Assembly (NCBI GenBank): GCA_002189035.1
Contig: CM007989.1
Span: forward strand, 3,162,001 to 3,226,000
Direction: 5' to 3'
Length of the DNA: 64,000 nt
DNA from: Utricularia gibba
Lineage: Eukaryota > Plantae > Magnoliophyta
A model generated the notes under the pieces. That model did not search any database. It was not told the DNA's origin and saw only the letters and a program-made list of their open reading frames with translations. The position numbers were made by a program, and so were the translations under genes. Below are positions 61,623 to 64,000 of the stretch, piece after piece. Every line of letters begins with the position of its first letter. Position 1 is the stretch's first letter.

Positions 61623-63960
61623 GTTTAGAATACTTCAAGTTTCCTATTGTTTAATTTTTGCAGTCTAATGCGATCTAAATAAATAGCCTAGCTTCTCCTC
61701 TTGTCTTTTATCAATTTGCTTTCTATCTTCATGGTGATGGGGCATTTACATTTATTTAGTGATCATCTACATTTTCAAATTACCTTTAAGGATATCTGCT
61801 CTCTTCTTTTACTTTCAGGAATCTTCAAAGCCAATAGTGATTTCTTACGATGATATCATGTTGAACTGTTGTCCTGATTTTCCAGGCATCAATGGGATGC
61901 ACTTGCTTCTCAGCTACTTAGACCAACAGTATGAAAACACTGTCTTCTTCTCTTTCCATGGATTGCTCTTATGGTCTTTACTCTTACAAGGATTTCATTG
62001 TTGAACCTCTTGCAATTTACGTTTCATGAATCCCAATAACTCTGGGTAGAATCTTGGTTATTATGATGTGTGTTCAGAGATTCCAGGGATAGAATGTTTG
62101 CTTTCTTTTCATGTGAAAGTTATAAGTTTTGACATGGAATCCCTGCCTAAGACAACCCTCTTTCATCTACACCTGAAATTAATTAGTTTTGGATTTATGG
62201 AAAGACAGTGTTGGAACACATGTTTCATTGTCTTGATAATTTTATGAAGTAGACTGCTGCTGAGTGTTATTAACAATTATATATTTTTACTATAACAAAA
62301 TTGTGTAGTTTTTTTTGCTTAAGAACAATTTACCTTGTAAAATAGTTTATTGCATTTAATTCAATTTTTCTAATTAGTTTACAAACTTGAACACCTGAAA
62401 TCCTTAATACAGGAATTTTTCATGAAATATTGTCGATGTGATGTATTTTGCATTAAATGATCAGATACGTTTCCTTGATCCAGCTGCTGGTTTTCCTCTC
62501 TTTCTTGCAGCGAGCTAGCTTTTATATCTCTTAGGAATATTTCACGCCAAGTTGGATTGACATGTTGGCTTCCAGATGAGAATAATAAAGCTAAACCTTC
62601 AATAGTTGATATTCTGAAAGATTCTTGGACCTTGAAAATTGACTGTGAAGGTATTTTAATATGAACCATGTATGCCGAATGAGTATTTAATTGCTTATCT
62701 TGTTTTGATATTCTAAAGTTATTTTTACTTGAAACAAATTTGGATGTGTATGTATTTTTGCATCTCTGAGTTTTACTGTATGGAATTGAATGGTTCTGGA
62801 CCCACTTTTCGGAATTGAGTATATTTTTACAGGGATCTGGAATCATAGACTGCTCGAAGTTCAGATATATATAAATAATACATACATCATGACCATCTGA
62901 ATGTATATTAATTCTTGCAGACAATGAAAACAATGTGATAGTGGGACTTGCTGTCGATAAGTCATCTCAGAATGAGAATGCTCGATTCACAGTTGGTGAT
63001 AAGGATACGGAAGTCTCGCCCTGCTGTGTTATTGTCTGTTTGACCATTGATGGAAGCATTTCTCTCTTCCACTTCGCTAGGTAATTGCATGCTGATTGCA
63101 CCATTGTTCTTGTCTGATTCAATACTTTAGTGTTGTGATGGCTGCTCTCAACCTTAACATTTTCGATATTGTGCTTCTTCTAGCGCTGTAGGTGTTTTAA
63201 CATCTCAGGAAGTCAGTGACCGTGATGAAGAAGATGATGCTTGTGTTTCAAACAATTCTGAGCTGCCCCAAGTTTCTTCTTTAGGCGACTTTTCTAGGTG
63301 AAAGCATGTTGATTATGCATTGTTAATTTTTTTGATTCAATGTGGTAATGGTACCAGTGGAAGTGTGTGAATTTTTCTTTGTTTTCTCTAGCTCTGCAGA
63401 TGTTTTACCGTTTCAGAAAGGTGGCGGTCATGATGAGGAAGATGGTATTTGTGTTTCAAAGAAGTCTGAGTTGCCCCAAATTTCTTTTATAGGCATTGAC
63501 AAGAAAATAGAACCAGCTCTTTCAACCTCTGAACCTCCCACCCGCATCATAACTGAGCTTGGAACGATGAGTTCTAAATCTAGTACAAGGAATCACTTAC
63601 TGCATCATCCATCAGATGTAAGCTCATTTCTTTTGGTATGCTTCCAATCACCAACGATTTCTATAAGTAAGCTAAATCTTCACAAGTTCGATTTCTGTGG
63701 TCACAACACCATGGGAATGCAGGGAAGCAGAAGCCCACCATCAAAATCCCCTGATGCACAGGACTTCTTAGATGGTACTGGTGGGCCAAGAAAACCTTTT
63801 CAGCCAGAATTCAAGAAAGAATTAGTTCCACCTCCATTCTCATCAAGGCGCCAACACTCTGCAGCCCAGGCACCAAGACGTCTTGGAAATGTACCATGCC
63901 TTTTTAAGCTTTGAATATCATAGAACTGCCCTATTCATAATCATATTTTAGGTGTCCATT
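59603..63960 (+). CDS. NUP214: Nuclear pore complex protein NUP214, 5' portion (beta-propeller); gene continues beyond the window
   Basis: IELDEEVEGDFAGSRNYCFSPIG, LLFVTHPKGFCVTRTSDV, VDSIRWIRPDCIAIGC, LLLSYLDQ, NVIVGLAVDK, VSPCCVIVCLTIDGSISLFHFAS. At least 10 GT-AG exons traced. Confidence 0.88.
61583..61618. repeat. (TA)18 microsatellite in a NUP214 intron
   Basis: Direct read of the sequence. Confidence 0.92.
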
Positions 63961-64000
63961 ATGTGTGATCTATCTAATGTAATATCCTATCTTCAGGTTG

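Overview
Gene-dense plant (eudicot, possibly asterid; low confidence) nuclear DNA with about 19 intron-containing or intronless protein genes and no rRNA, tRNA or CRISPR. In order: probable Ty3/gypsy solo LTR; VOC/glyoxalase-like gene; small RIN4/NOI-motif gene; RPL32 (+); PARN-like; MLO (-); second RPL32 (-); MEE60-like; BSK kinase; TDBD-domain gene; two tandem C2/ERG genes; P69/SBT1-clade subtilase; domesticated hAT-like BED/DUF659 gene; a ~4.5 kb ORF-poor, motif-rich island; plastid transaldolase; PARP/ART-like gene; ORP2-like lipid-transfer gene; ABCG11; TIP3; an uncharacterised conserved gene; and the 5' part of NUP214, which runs off the window. Family assignments come from motifs recognised from memory, not database searches. 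I found no clearly new multi-gene system. The best leads are: (1) two apparently gained introns with short flanking direct repeats in a normally intronless subtilase clade; (2) non-coding signals in the 36-40 kb island (a 14-nt perfect miR828 complement, an exact USE+TATA Pol III-type promoter with no recognisable RNA, a duplicated 15-mer AuxRE module); (3) an ORP2 gene whose PH-domain region appears decayed while the lipid-binding domain is intact; (4) an inverted RPL32 pair bracketing PARN-like and MLO; (5) repeat or exon expansions in MLO, NUP214 and an ERG 3' UTR.
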